Of a stretch of 64,000 nucleotides of DNA, positions 23,098 to 37,200 are shown in pieces. The notes under the pieces are model-generated. The model was not told the origin of the DNA, did no database searches, and saw only the letters and a list, made by a program, of their open reading frames with translations. Both the position numbers and the translations under genes were made by a program. The DNA comes from Bugula neritina. Lineage: Eukaryota > Animalia > Bryozoa. The stretch is from positions 18,538,995 to 18,602,994 of the forward strand of contig OZ037765.1 of NCBI GenBank assembly GCA_964035545.1. The letters are read 5' to 3'. The number at the start of each line of letters is the position of its first letter. Positions within the stretch are counted from its first letter, which is position 1.

Positions 23098-25421
23098 AGT
23101 ATTATTGCAATAATATAATTTTTTCATAACTTTGTTCTACTACATGCATCTGTTTTATGATTTAGAATTGTCTGAAACAGATATAATAAGCTTTAAAGAT
23201 TATTAGTCAATAAACTATAGAAATAGCTTCAAATCTCCTAACACTTAGATCTCACCACCAATTGCTGTAGAAAATAACCTGAGTCTCGGGAGGTTTGAAC
23301 TGTTTAGAACTAAAGGCTCATTTGAATAAACACAAAAGAATATTTCATCTCATTGCATAAAATATGCTGATGGTGACTCAGCCCACTTCTGCATTGCAAC
23401 AGCATGGAAGTGCCAAAAAAGAACTTGCCTAGATGCACATATAATGTAAGAATTTTCGTAAATTAGTATAATACAAATTTCGAATATGCTAGTTATTTTT
23501 ATTATTTTTAGATGCAGGGTTTTCATTAATCAACTGTAAAACAACTTTCTGACTCTGTATTTTATGAATTTATATAAATCATTAGTAATTTACTATTTTT
23601 TACTACACTGAAAACTTCAATAAAAGCAGTTTCTCTTATTTTGGACAATTGAAATTTTAAAACTATAAAATTGTATGTAGCACTATAAAACTGCATGTTT
23701 ACGTAGACCTGGCTTACTCACAAACATCTGCAAATTTAGAAACTTTATTCGAACTCAGTCTTGAAATCTCAATATACAAACGCTATAATCAAAAGCTGTG
23801 GTCATATTAGTTATAGTTTAAAAAGCAATATATTTTGCAAGATGTGTAGCAAAACTCATAATTATTTTGCATGCTCCATGTGTTTCTATGTATCTGCAAA
23901 GGCAACCATGGGGTCTTTGGTCAGTAGGTGTTGGGATCAGAGCATGTAACTTTAGTAGGTGTTGCAAGTTTTAAGTTTCGGCTTACATTATGATTAGCTA
24001 ATAGGTAAGATAATCAATCTAGTATTCCTAGGCTAATGTTATAGTTCAAATAATGTTTTTCTCCCGGGATTATGACAATTTACCATGCCATTGTGCTTCC
24101 TTAATTTTTATTGATTCGAAGCAAATGAATATAGAAACTCTTGTGATAGCTTTTTAAAGGCATGAAGAGTTAGGTGACACTTGGCTCATTCGTGATTGAC
24201 TGTAATTACTACTATGTTACAGTTTATAGACGTAGTTCGTGCAAAATACATTCAAGTATAGGTTTTCACAAGTCTAGTAGAGAACTGTTAAGCATGATTG
24301 ATACTATTGGGAATGCAGTCAGTTTAATATACATGCAGAATGTCAGCAAAGACTTTCAGACTGATAGGAAATACTAACTTATATAATTGTGCAACAAATA
24401 AACCATAAGCTATTTTCAAAGTTTAAACATTGAATTTTCAAGCCAGCTCAGTGACTAAGCTGTGTGTTGGAGCAGCTAAGATTAGCATGCTGTGAAAGTT
24501 AGCAATAATACTATTAGATTTATAATACCATGGACTTAAACGTCATCAGCAAGTGATCAGAAATTCCAAATTGTTTCAAGACATGTTTACACAAAATTTA
24601 TTATAAAACAAAATTGTTTGAGCATACAGACCTCAGACAGTCTGAAAGCTAAGATAACTCAGATATTTATATTTGAATTTTAATACATCATAATTATTCT
24701 TTAATATATAAATAAAGTGCATTTCGGAGATTTTTTGTTATACATATTATGTGTATCTAAAAAGTATTAATAAATAAGTCATTCATTTTACTAAATGAGT
24801 ATGCAATATTTGCAGGTGTTTACCAGTGTTTTGTAAGCTGTCATAGTTGTTGTCAAAGGACATGGCTATGCAAAGTATGTGAGAAGGTAACTTCTTGTAT
24901 TTCTAATACATTTTAATGTGGTTTTGATTGTTGATACTATTACATTAATTTTTAATTTAGCCTAGCATTGAATTCATACATTTTGCTTTAATGTTTACAT
25001 GCTAATCATGTAACATGTGCAATAGTAATCTTTCAGGTTTAACTGGTTTGGCGTTTTCCTTTGCTTCAAAACTTTATTGTTTCTGCATTGGAAATTATTC
25101 AAGTAATAGAGTTGGGAGTTGTTCAACCATGTTTTGCAGTGAAACAATTTCCGCACATTTGTAAAGAGTGTCTTGTTAATGCCTTCATGTGTACTCACTG
25201 CTGACTTCACATATAAACTAGGCAACTTTTTCTTTCAATAATCTAAAAAGTTGAACAATACATTCCCAATCACTGAATTGATGTAATCCCAGTGTTCCCA
25301 ATGATTTGTGTGTTATGATAACTCACTATTTTATACAGTAAATCTGTGCACCCATTACCATTATTGGGCCGTATACTTTTTAGATGCAATTAAATACACA
25401 CATCCTACATAAAAAATTATA

Positions 25422-25614
25422 AGAGAGCAGTCGTGGTCTAGGGGTTAGAGCGCTTGCCTAGTAAACACGAGGTCATGGGTTCGAACCCCTACAAAGGGCA
25501 TTGATGATGTTAGGAAAAGCATTTAAATAAATTGTCCTTAGCCAGCTTTAACAAAAACCCTTTCCATCAGAGGTTTCTCACAGGGATAGCGACTATAAAC
25601 TTGTGTGAGTTTTT
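25422..25614 (+). mobile_element. tRNA-derived SINE (family S, copy 2) with target-site duplication
   Basis: Head gagcagtcgtggtctaggggttagagcgcttgcctagtaaacacgaggtcatgggttcgaacccc (A box, AGT/Thr-like loop, B box). Flanked by tacataaaaaattata (25406-25421) and tacataaaaattata (25615-25629). Confidence 0.88.
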
Positions 25615-26339
25615 TACATAAAAATTATAGATTTGTATTAAAATATGACTTGCAGTTTCAAGTTTTTAAAACTTAGGCTTAAACTTAATTGCTTTTAATA
25701 CTTTATGTGCATAAGCACTTTTGTAGGTATGGGATGCTGGCATATAAAATAATCTTATGGTGTCCGAAGAACATTAAATTTTCAACTCAATCTATGGCTT
25801 AAAGAAGATATGAACAAAGAAAGAAAATACCTATTATTCAATTTATGACATTGAAAAATTTTGCTACTATTACCTACCATGCTGTTATTGTTATTGTTAT
25901 ATATTTTGGCAACTATATAACAACAAAGAACAATTACTGCTTGTCATTATATCAGTTTAGGTAATATGGTAAAGAAAATAACAAACCCAACTTATAATAA
26001 TATTTTAGATAACTTCTTCAACTAGTGTTTTTCGGAAATTATTAGAAAATCAAAACACTGTAGTTGCTTTTAAGCTAAATGGTCTGCCATTCCACCCACC
26101 TAACGTCTTTGGACATTTGAAGTTCCACATTTCTCCTTGGTAATTACACTCAACTGAACATTGTCAACAAGTGCAGATAACCCTGTTTTGAAGAAACTGG
26201 AAACAAAACAACTAAATGTTTTGAGTGCTATATTCACATCACTTTATTCACTAAAAGGCCAAACTAGAAAATGATATTCAGTAAAAAAATCATTCATATA
26301 CACGCAAAGATTATTTTAATACACATAAATAAAATCTAT

Positions 26340-26480
26340 AGTAACATGGAGTACACAACTAAAATACATAATCACAAATAGTGCAACTAGAGTATAGTCA
26401 CACAGAGTACAACAAGAGTATAATCACACAGAGTATAACTAGAATATATAATCACACAGAGTACAACTAGAATATAGCCA
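26340..26480. repeat. Degenerate ~24-bp minisatellite
   Basis: About 5 units like cacagagtacaactagagtata(g/a)t. Confidence 0.7.
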
Positions 26481-27148
26481 TATGGATCAGGAGTTGTCTT
26501 CACACACTGAAGAGCTCTACAGCTGCAGGTAACACTGATGTATTCATACACTATTGTGCATATGTATGTTGATTGAGCTACTTGTTATTATTATGGTGTA
26601 CATTATTATATTAATGTGTTTATTTATTCATATTATATTACTGACGCATCACTAGCAAAGCCTATCTGTGTCCTGTTTTGTCCTATAAAAGTAGATGGAA
26701 AAGCTCATAATCTATCATGGGGTTATTAATTAATTTTTGTTTTTGATAAATTCTTGGAAATGTTTTTATGTAAATCAAATAATGTAATGCCATCTAATGT
26801 CTTCAAATATTTGTCAAAAACAGAATAATATGACAAAAAATAAAATATAGTCTAATGGAATGTACATATAATTGGCAACAAAAAGCTTATGTCAATTTTA
26901 CGTAGGTGTCTGTCACATCTGAAAAGTATAGCAAACGGACCTCTTTCATCGTAGGTCTATACTTTTACAGTGCATTGTGTCTTATATTCAGATACTGAAA
27001 AGTTATCTTATACATGCCTCTGTCACACTCACTCATACTGTAATATCTTATCTCTCGGAGCTTATTTGTATTTATTATTCACACAGATTTTATGATTGTT
27101 GAAAGATGCATGTGGAGCTGACTACGTAAAGGTAAATCTTAAAATTAA

Positions 27149-27595
27149 AGTTGCGTTTATACCTCTGCTGAAAAAAGTACCGAGTTTAGGTTAATAACGC
27201 TTTTCCGGGTACCCCTTTATAGTCAGACTTAAACTCGTTGAAATCATATTGATGCGGTTGCTCACTTTCTGAAATTGAAATTTGACTCGCATAATAGCTA
27301 TTTGATGCCCTTTGTAAATGTCGTGAATTAGTGAAGCGGAAAGCATAAAAGCGATAATTGAGAAAGCGTAGGCTATATAATTATAACCGTATAAGTACGT
27401 TGTCTAATCGCCAAAGTAATAACTAAATAACGATGTTTACAAGGAGTTATTACTCCTATTCTAAAATTGGCCGATTAAGTTATCACAGTACAAAAATTTC
27501 AACGGGTGGCTTTTACAATGCAATGCAACTCGGAGAAATTTCAACCCGGCCAAATTGAAATTTTGACCGAAAATCGTGAAGGTATAAACGCAACT
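27149..27595. mobile_element. Non-autonomous DNA transposon, AG..CT termini at a TTAA site (Kolobok-like)
   Basis: TTAA|agttgcgtttatacct ... aggtataaacgcaact|taa: 16-bp perfect TIR with a CpG-richer interior than the flanks. Confidence 0.75.
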
Positions 27596-28265
27596 TAAGT
27601 GTATTATACAGAGTAGCTTAAATAATATAAGAAGAAATTTATGTAATTTGTTAAACTATATTCCAGTAATGAAGGTTGTCAGTTTTCAAAGTGCAGTGCA
27701 AAAGCATGAAGCTTATTAATATTTTTCTGGATACCTGAAACTTCAACTATTAAGGATCTGCGCTTTTACTTTTAAACTAAAAATAATTGATTCAATTTTA
27801 GCCGCAGTTAAAATGCATTCCAAACAAATGGTCAAGTAAATAAGTAATTAGTATATTGCAAGTGTAGCTAAAATACCAAATAAGTTGTAAAATTTAAGTT
27901 GTTGTTCAACTATCAGTTTTGGCTAATACACTTTGCATGCTTGTGTGGACATAAAAGATCATAAGTGGTATTTTAAATAAATTTTAAATAAATTTTGAAT
28001 TTGATCGCTTCAACAAATTTTTGAAAATGACGAAAAACTAGTTTAACCAATCGACTGAAAGCTATTCTAACACTCTTAAATTACTTTCTAAAAATATGTT
28101 GTATAGTTAGTAGCATTTGATACAAATACTATATTTATTTGTAAAAAAAACCATACACAGATTTAGATCTTATCTACATAGATCAATTAACGTACAATGA
28201 TATTTTATGTAATTTTAGACATCACTTAAAACGCAGCATCAGATTGTGCCTTACTTGCTAGCAAT

Positions 28266-31200
28266 ATGGGATTCTTACCACAATCTCTGCTGAGCTACAT
28301 TTCCCTCTTCTTGATGTTCATATGTCAAGTTGGTTCTCAAGGAGTTATTGTACCTCAACCGTAAGTGTTCGATATAGAGAGCAAATTTTTTAAGGCAGCA
28401 TATTGCATCAAAAAGTTTATTGTAACGTTAAGCTGCTAACAACACTTCAGTTTAAAACTCTAAAATGGTTGTAAAACAATTCATAAATTTTGTGCAATAA
28501 CAATGTCCTTTTTTAGTTTAAAAATGTATTTATAGCATGAGATGCAATAGATATCATAAATTGTTTGTGTTATACTAGATCTATATTATATTTGAAACTA
28601 TTGATACCATAAAACAATCCCGTAATGTTTCAATTAAAATAGATTTAACTGCTTATTTATGATTTGTTAAAAGCTTACAGCATGCATTGTTTTGGGAATT
28701 TAGTTACATGATTAACTATATTGGGCATTAATCACACTAAAGCATCATTCTGTAATATGTTCAACATATACTTATTGAAACTGCCTGGGTTACATCAAAT
28801 TATTATTAATTAGTTATTAAACATACGCAAAAACTTCACTATTTTAGTGACGTGTCTATGTAAATATTTTTTGTTTGAATAAAACTTGAGTGCTTTGTGA
28901 CAAGCTATAACATTATTGTCGTCTATAAGTAATATCAATAATTATCCATAGTTATTTTAGAAGGTTAAATACGTTCTCACAATGCTGTAGAAAATTTAGG
29001 GATTCGAACTTTCAGTATGCAGTAATGGGTAATACAAAGCCTAAAAATAGAATTGCATTTTTTCAATATATTTTGTATGAATAATCTTTAGTGAACATTG
29101 CATTGTGAATATCATATGTACCATAGATACATAGATACATAGACAACAGCTCAGAGACAGCCAATTAAGACTACTTTGTTAAACTGATTATTACTTCATA
29201 TGTCAATTTAGATATCAATAAATTAGTAACAAGTTCAAACTCACTTTGCATACAAATTCTCTTATTTTATTCGGTATTTTATAACTTGTGAAATATGACT
29301 GTGTTTGCCGCAAAAGTATTACCTATATATTGCAATCATCCTAAAAATGCAAGTGCCGATAAAAACTTGAACGTATTCCATGATTTGCCGTTAATCTCAT
29401 TTCAAGTATTTCAACAGCAGCTAAGAATTATCAGTATCATCATAATTAGCAAATATTTTTATAATCTCACCAAATAAATTGTGCAAATAAAGAATAATCA
29501 AAATATTATCAGTATAAGTCTGCACCATTTTGTTTGTTTCGTACCGTAGATTGGTATCAATTGTAATGCTAAGAACAAACTTTCATATCAGTATTATAGA
29601 AGTTGGCCTTATTTCTTAACACAGATAGCCAGTCTGCCTCCTATTATATGTTTACGGAACTTATTGTATCTCTTCAAGTCTACTTCAAGTTGAACTTGAC
29701 TGCTTAGAAATTCAAACGCGCAGCTTATTACACATTAAAGTATTTTTCAAAATATTTTTGTATTGTATGTAGGGTCTTTATTATTATAAGAAAAGTTTAT
29801 AGTCTCCAGAAGCTTTTACAATCATTTACTTTCCAAGGTCTTATCAGTAGAATGTGAGAAATGTGAAAATTAAGATTTGCTTCTATCAATGTCATATAAA
29901 TATTAAAAATAAATAGTAGAAATGTTAACCTAGTTTGGATATTGCTAAATTTTACAACGTAAGGTCCTTGTTTTAGTTTTAAGCTGAGCTTTTATAGTAC
30001 ACATATTATTTACAGTTTTTAAAGACTCATAAGCATCTTATAAAAATCAACTAGCTACATGTGATATGAGATGAACATTTTTAAATTGTTCGCTTATATT
30101 TTTTATGACTTTGAGATACCTGTGCTATGAACTACTTTGTAGGACATATGCTGTTGTAACCCCTACAAAGATCCGTCCAAGCCAAGATCTAGTTGTAGCA
30201 GCTACCATCCTAAGGTTGAAGTTGTCTGACACCTTTACAATAAGAGCTGTCGTACGATACCTAATAGACGAGAAGAAGGCAGACGAAATATGCAGCGCTC
30301 AATACACATTCACCAGAACTGGCACTCAAAATCTCATTCTTAAGGTGTAACTTCTTGTTTCATATATTTGATAAACTTATCTTTGCTTAGCAAAGTTATT
30401 GTTAATAAGAATATATTACTTCATGTTTAACCAAAAACAACTTGCGAGTCTTCTTTATTAATAATATTTACATAAATTGCAAAACAGTATTGTCAAAGTA
30501 AAACTATATTTTTTTACTCAAATCTGCCCTATGCCCTCAATACATTTACTTGCAGTTTTTATTTTCATCATACCAAATAGTTTGTAAGGTTTTTAATAAT
30601 GACTTGTAATAGTAAAGCAACCATATATTACCAATGGGCCACTTGTATATGTTACAGCTTTAATATTTAGTTTCTAAGCTGACTATAGTATGTTTACAGG
30701 TATATGTGGTTGCATGTGTAACTATATAGGGAGCTATATAGTAATTGATCTCTTCATCAACTTCTAATGGCATATTCTCTTCTTTCTAGACACCAACACT
30801 GATGTCTCCAGGGAACTACACTATTAGGGTTTCAGGTTTCTCTGACTCATCATTGGAGGGTTTAATATTCATCAACGAAACAAAACTGTTTTTTGACTCC
30901 AAGCAAGTTTCTCTGTTTATACAGACAAACAAACCCTACTACAATCAACACCAAGTCAGTAAGTATTAAGTCACATTTTCATTCATCCTCCAACATCTTC
31001 AATTTTTTATTAGCTGATAGCCAGCATCTTCTATGCAAATATAAATCGCTTTATGTGTCTTAAAAATAAAAATTGTAGCTTAGTTGTTTAATACAAATAC
31101 TACAATTGTTGATTAATAATAATATACATGCATATGATTGTTAATTTTGCAGTTCTAATTCGTCTGATTCCAATCCACACCAACTTAAAGCCAGTAACAG

Positions 31201-34200
31201 CTGCTTTAGATGTTGATATAAAGGTGAGTACCTATAAGCACTGCCAACTGTGCAGAGTATAATATGCTTTTCCACTCTTGGACAACCACCTGTAATAGCT
31301 GTAATAGTGTTCTGTAACTAGAGCAGAAGGTATACATTGTATGTAGAAATTGTATTACAGGTATATGATTGTACAGCTCGGCCATTCAAACTGATTAAAA
31401 TGGCTTAAAGGAAAATGGTCAAAAATTCAAAACTTCGCAGAATCACTCCAGTTATATTCTCCTATAAACTTGAATTATCTGTACACCAAAAAATACACTG
31501 TCGTTATCATTAGTTTCAATTACTCTTTAGAGTGCAAAGTTCAAGCAAAGAACTATATATACAATTATTTCATCACCTGTACTAGCCTATCTCTCAAAGC
31601 ATTGTAAAAGACTATTGCAATTTGGATCTGGTATTTGTTGGCATGGTTGCTCTTATATGCTATAGTCATGCCTTCAATTTCACTTACTGTCAATATATTT
31701 TCCCAGGTTTATCAGATGTGCCATCCTTTACTTGATTAGTAGGATACTTTTCACAAGTGCTTTAAAAAATACTTGAATAAAGCTCATGTTCAATTGGTTG
31801 TAGTCATTGCAATTCAATATTACAGTCTCTGGCATGTGACATGTTCATCTTATTACATATTACACAACTTTTCCCCTTTGCCTTCTATGGACATAGTGAC
31901 ATTTCAATTTCGCAAATATAAACAAAAATTTGGTATTTTGGCAGTGTTTTTTGGCTTCTTATTCCAGTTTCACAAATTAAAAAAAATAGACAGATTATTG
32001 GCATTGCGAAGTTTAGTTGGCGTAGTGGATTAATATTGTAACATGGCTAATCTATCATATTCATTTGAGCTTATATTTGCCAAAAGACATAAATATGTCA
32101 TTAACACTACTGAACTGTAGCAGTGATTCATTTGTATCGTATGTTGTAAGTTGAAAGTATATTTAAAAGATTTGTCATACAGATCTATTTGCTTTTATAT
32201 ATGCTATACAAACACTGAAGGCCTAGTCGCTGTTTTTATACTTTGCACAAATTTTATATAGTTGGGTATAGAAAAGAGTTATCTTCTGGTGTTGATTTTA
32301 TATTTGTTAGTTACTGGTGTTATAGTCACATCATGAATTTGGACATTTCAGGATGGGAATGGCATTGTTGTAAAGCGATGGTTCTCACAGCACACTAATG
32401 CGGGAGGAGTTGTAACACTGCGATACCCACTCAACTCTAATTTCATTGCCTATGGAACTTGGACTATTGTAGCAAAATGCTTTGAATACACTTATCAAAA
32501 GGAAATTTCAGTTTATGAGTTCTGTAAGTATTTTAAGCCTTGTTCTTTTTTCTACCAGTGAGTCAAACAAACTGGTACAATTAGAGAATTTTGAAAGCAG
32601 TATTGCCATTTTTATTTATAATATTAACAAAATACAGCTTTATATAGTAACTCTATTTTATTTTTATAAAAAAGTTGTGCATATGAATATCTCTCGTAAT
32701 AAAGTTTTAATTTATTTTGTTATTAAATTTTTAATTTTGGTACAGTGAATGTTGTTATCAAATCTATCTAACTTTCAGATGGACCTTTGTTCTTTGTGAA
32801 TGTGAGCATGCCCACATACATGTACCAGGGATCCAGTGAAGTAGCTGTTCTGGTAACTTCAACGTACGTCTTTAGCCAGCCTTAATTTTAATTAATTGGT
32901 TGGAATGACCTATGTGTTATTCAGTTAATTAGAATGGTGTGCTATTTTTCAGTATTACAATTTTTTCATTACATAAAGTTTTGTGTACGGAGATACGCTG
33001 TCAAAAACAGTTGTAGTCTGCAGATATTGTTGAATGTATTTGAGTGTATTGTTTGAAAACTACAATTTAGAGTTTAATTTTTCACTCTACACAAATGAGC
33101 TATAGTCTATAATTAGCTGAAATTAAAATTTTACCACATCTCTTTTCAGCGCAGCATGCTACCTATGCGGTTATTTTGTTTGGCTGTACTCTTTTGCCAA
33201 ACAGACTTAATATTGACTGTAGCCTATGTATCATGAAATGACACATAAAATGCTCAGTACAAAAATTGAAGATCAAACCAATAAAAAACCAATCGATGCA
33301 TTACGCCTTTGTATCTCATTTCAACTTTTTCAGTCAAGGAAATCTGAAAGGAATCAAAGGCAACTGTACAGTTACTCTGGACTTTCTACAGAAAGATGGA
33401 ACTCCCATTGATCATTTGGCTCCTCTAAAAAGACATGAAAAATATGTAAGTAAAAGCACTTGTGACTCAAGTAATCGGATATAGTTGTTCCAGCATAGTG
33501 ACTTAACAACTTACGGTCCTGCTGCATATTAGGAGTCTAATAATCATTCACGATAAAAAAGATAGGTTTATAAAACATACTGACTTTAGTTTGATCACCG
33601 AGCAAGCTTCTCCTTCTCAAGACAAGAGCTCATAGCACACATTGGTGGAGGGGAGAGAGGACTGATTAGCAAACAGCTGAAGGCTACGGCTGTAGTTGAA
33701 GACTGGTTCTTTGGCACATCAGCCTCTGGTTTCTCATCTACAATCATCTACTCTGATGAGATTTCACTCAGATTTCTTGGTGGAGAAGTATGGAGTTTCA
33801 AGCCCAACATTCCATTTAAGATTCATGTAAGCGTCTATTGGTTGCACATATCACCGTCTAATAGAACTTGTCAACAGTGCTTCATAAAACTGACAATTGA
33901 TTAAAACTCTTCAGATTTTTAGCCTGATATTATAGTAAGATGCAAATAAGCACTATATTTTTAATAGCATTAGCTGCACACACATATTACAAGTTCCTGT
34001 GAAGCCATACTATGTCATGAGCAGTTGTTATAGAAACACATAATAATGTTAGTATAATATAAATCTAAGTCTCTTTGTGAATTCAGGTGGCGGCAGAGAG
34101 GCAAGACATGGCACCTATGGATCCGTATATTACAGAGCGAAATATTGACTTCTCTATTACTACAACAGAGGATGGAGGTGGAGAGACTACTGTCACTGAC

Positions 34201-37200
34201 TCTGTAGATATCCCTAGAGATACAAGTGTGGTACAGTATTGGCTCTACCCCACCTCATCTACTCTGAAGATCACAGTCCGTGTAAGTTTTACATATATAC
34301 CCATTATTTATAATATACTAAAATAATGTGCATATCACTACATATACTAAAAGAATTATGTGAAGCTCAAGTATTTGTAAAATACAACTATAGATTATAG
34401 TAACAGCAGTTATCCTTTATTCATAATTAAATTGCTGTTATTATTTGTCATAATATGGTAGTTGTTTATATTGTATAAGCTTCTCCCACTTATTGTAATC
34501 ATATAAAATATGTAATTTATATGATTAGATGAGGAATTCAACCTAATACCAGTATCTTTATGAACACCTACAAATTATTACCAATTACGACTGTACAAAT
34601 AAGTCACAATAAATCAAGCCATTAAGCAGTATTACATAATGTATCATTATTTATAAACTTAAACTGTTGCTATTATTTTAAAACCATAGGCCAAGTTTAG
34701 AGATCAGCTGGACACAGAAAAGGTGCTGATTGCGACCAGACACTGGTCTCCCAACAACTACTATCTCAAAATAACCTCCACCACAGAACATCCAACTGTT
34801 GGCAATTTCATTATTTTCAGTGTGCAGACAAACGTGTTTGTTGACCATGTCTACTATTATGTGAGTATATTACAGTAACACTCGGGTGTCTTATGTGTTG
34901 CTTAGCTTTTTATTTCTTTGTATTGTATTTAATCTGTAAGCCATATCGACCAATAAAATATTATATGGACACACATATAACATATAACAACACTTTAATC
35001 TGAAATTACTATTAAATGAAGCATTGTACAGAAATAGATAATGATTTGAAAATGTTTTTCACATAATAAAATACTTCAAGAGTAGTATCCTATTAATGTT
35101 TTGATTAAATACAGGCACAATTAAATAGGCAGAATGTAAATATGAATCTTACTACTTGGTTTTTATGGGATGTATGTTTTGGTTTATTTTTGTACTATTA
35201 TTCGATTTATAGATAATTTCATCGGGAAATATTATCGTCAGTGATTCGATACAGATGTATTCCAGACACAAGCTTATTTCCGTAGCTCTCTCTAAAGATA
35301 TGGCTCCCAGTGCCAAGATTGTCGCCTTTTTCATATCTCCTGCAAACAGCGCGTCATCATTTGACCAGAATTTCGGTTCAACTAGCGACACATCAATGCA
35401 AAGTCAAGTGGCTGCTGATAGCCTTCAGTTCCATGTTGACAGCACCAAAGTTCATCAGGTATTTGATGTCAGCCCCACCAGAACTTAGGACATAATATTT
35501 AAGCAAAACACAACTATCTAAAGCACAAACATTCTAAACATGCATTACATAAGTTATTAACAGGTAACAACTACTCGCATAACTTTAAATAACTCTAAAG
35601 AGCTCTATTTTTACAAATATATGTTTATTCAAGTCCACATATATTATATTAGCTAATTAGTTTTATTACTTTTATTTAAAAGATAGCTAATAGGATTTAT
35701 GTCAGTCAGTTTGATTTGGCAACAGCTGTAGTTTCTATGACATGCCATGAGATGTTTTTGTAATACAGATGAAAGTAAAGTTCAACCGAGGGAAAGATTT
35801 TAATTACAACACAGTGGAAGTGACGGCATATGCTGATCCTCTATCTTATGTAGCCTTCTCAGCCCTAGAGTATCAGATGTACCAATTGGGAATAAGAAAT
35901 GGCCTTTCATGGGAAGAGGTAAAGTGAATTTTTTGATCTCAACTTCTCACTGTCTCTGGTAAAGCAATGCATTATGCATATGTGTAAGATAAAGAAACAA
36001 GCCTTTTTATTGCAATATATTGGAGTTATTTTCTCTTTCAAAACGCTTATATATATTCAATTGGAACAATTCTTTAATGTTGAAACATTCAATTCCCAAT
36101 GACGCCTGTTGCCATATTCTTCCCATCCTTCATAAAATATGTGAAGGTAATTGAGGGCTGAGCTCTGCTATAGTTATGAACAGTTCTGTAATAGGGTTTT
36201 ACCAACAGGTCTACAAGGAGCTGTACACCTATGATGCGCATGCTAACACAAGCATCACTCATTACTGGAAGAGAGATGGACAGACCATAGACACCTACCG
36301 CGCATCTACCCCGGCATACGCTCATGATGCCAACACCACGTTCTATGTGAGAGAAACTTCTTCAACTCAAATCCTGTATATTTGCAATGGGTTTATTGGC
36401 GACACTATCTCTGAAACTAACGTTTTTCTAATGATTTATCTAATGGTGTTATTATAATGGTTCCATGGCAATAGTTTTATTTGAGACTATTTTTAAATAT
36501 TAGACAGTTTCACTAATTAGGTCGGCGAAATACAAATGTAGATGTTTGATTCAAGGTACTAGCTAGAAGAATTGATGTCCAACAGGAAATTCTTACTTCT
36601 GTGCCTGTGTTTGGTTTTAGTATGCTGGATTGTACATCTTCACAGATGCCAATGTGTCGTCAGTATACACTCATTGTAACAGGTCAAAGGGCGAGTATCC
36701 CTGTATGGACGGTAAAACCTGCTACAACTACCAACACATGTGTCAGAGAGACTCTTTCTGTACTGCAGATCGCAGAGATGACATGGGATGTGAGTTAGAA
36801 CAAGAACATTATATGTTGTGTTTGCTGAGTACTTTGTCACTTGTGAATTGAATTCTAACCTTCTACTGGCTACTATGTCGATAATGAAAAATGCACTATA
36901 GCTGCTGTTAAAAGAGGTTCTATTCTTACGGAACTTAGAAAACTACAGATTTTATAACTACATAATGTTTGCCTTTTCAGGTCATTTAAACGAGTCTACT
37001 GACGCCATATTGTTCAGCGATGATGGCTGGCAGAGAACTAAGCACATTGGTGCCTTCTACAGAGATGGAGCCTTTCTCTGGGTGGATCAGTTCACTAAAC
37101 CTGATGGCAGAATTGACATCTCTATAAAACCACCTGCATATGACACTTCATGGGTGGTCTCTGCATTTACTATGAGCAGTGAGAATGGGCTAGGCATCCT

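Noticed and set aside
25422-25500. Possible tRNA-Thr gene
   Set aside because: Acceptor and anticodon stems do not pair, it continues into a shared repeat body and it has a TSD; it is a SINE.
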